NCBI GenBank assembly: GCA_030390025.1
Contig: CM059427.1
Span: forward strand, 19,034,001-19,098,000
Direction: 5' to 3'
DNA from: Squalus acanthias
Lineage: Eukaryota
DNA length: 64,000 nt
A program made the position numbers and the translations under genes. The notes beneath the pieces were generated by a model. It did no database searches and had not been told where the DNA came from. It saw only the letters and a list, made by a program, of their open reading frames with translations. Position 1 is the first letter of the stretch; each line of letters starts with the position of its first letter. Below are positions 63,377 to 64,000 of the stretch, piece after piece.

Positions 63377-64000
63377 TTTCTCTCTCCACAGATGCTGCCT
63401 GACCTGCTGAGTATTTCCAGCATTTTCTGTTCTTATTTCCTTCCTATAGTGTTGAGCCCGAAACTGTACACAGTACTCGAACTGTACTCAAAGTTTTGTA
63501 TAGATTCACCATTGCATCTCAACTTTTATATTCTGTATCTCTTGCCATAAAACATTCGTATTCCATTTTATGGCCTTATCCTTGTACATGTCTGGACTTG
63601 ATGGGAAGAATTACCTTTTCTTGCTCCACAATTTTCACGTTAATTCAGATGCTGGAGGGGGAAAAAGTCCTGGGTGGCATGGTGTGTGAATACACAGTTC
63701 TTTCACCTCTGGGATAACTTTAAACTGTTTTGAAGTTTAATAGCTTGCAGTAAGCTAGTTTAGTCAGTAATTTTTACATTTAAAAATAAAAATGGGTGGA
63801 CTTGAGATGCAGCACTTTTTGTGATCATGGCCCACTCAGTCTTGAGGAGAGGAGCAGAGAAAAATCCAGCTGCCCACCTGTTCATTGTCTGTTATGAGCA
63901 ACAGATATTTTATCATAACCTTCAATGTATCATTTTAAGATATTTTGTACCTTTTGAACATTTATAATATTGCTCGAGGATACGCTGTCAGAATTTTGCA

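Larger units (their letters stand above)
61386..63437. mobile_element. Penelope-like element (family A) with inverted structure: minus copy 61386-62720 plus inverted copy 62720-63437, 13-bp TSD
   Basis: tccttcctatagt at 61373-61385 and 63438-63450. GIY-YIG C-terminal ORFs on both strands (61799..62119 minus, 62826..63059 plus). Confidence 0.95.
60915..63600 (-). mobile_element. Old CR1 3' fragment split by the Penelope insertion
   Basis: catagaaattacaacaca... at the left. ...caatatccttcctatagt resumes at 63451 with gttgagcccgaaactgtacacagtactc. Confidence 0.8.

Noticed and set aside
2601-64000. Intronic snoRNAs
   Set aside because: No convincing C/D box pair with terminal stem or H/ACA double hairpin was seen by eye. 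An Infernal/Rfam scan would be needed to exclude them.

Overview
This is eukaryotic (vertebrate) genomic DNA. Its repeat families (CR1, L2, Penelope-like, RTE, Deu-domain SINE) suggest a cartilaginous fish; that is inference. The window holds 15 consecutive + strand coding exons of the spliceosome/EJC factor CWC22, about 618 codons from a candidate ATG at 2418, through the MIF4G domain and into the MA3 domain. All introns are GT-AG and phase-consistent, and the gene continues past the right edge. Most long ORFs in the track are retroelement fragments or noise. The most notable non-coding signal is a set of minimal hammerhead-ribozyme motifs in Penelope-like element tails, three of them intact in the sense of the CWC22 pre-mRNA, with covarying stems between two unrelated families. 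Also present are two inverted (fold-back) Penelope insertions with target-site duplications, a hairpin-rich MITE family, an intron apparently expanded about 40-fold by one CR1 insertion, and several templated or tandem duplications. Repeat boundaries and family names were assigned by eye and are approximate.
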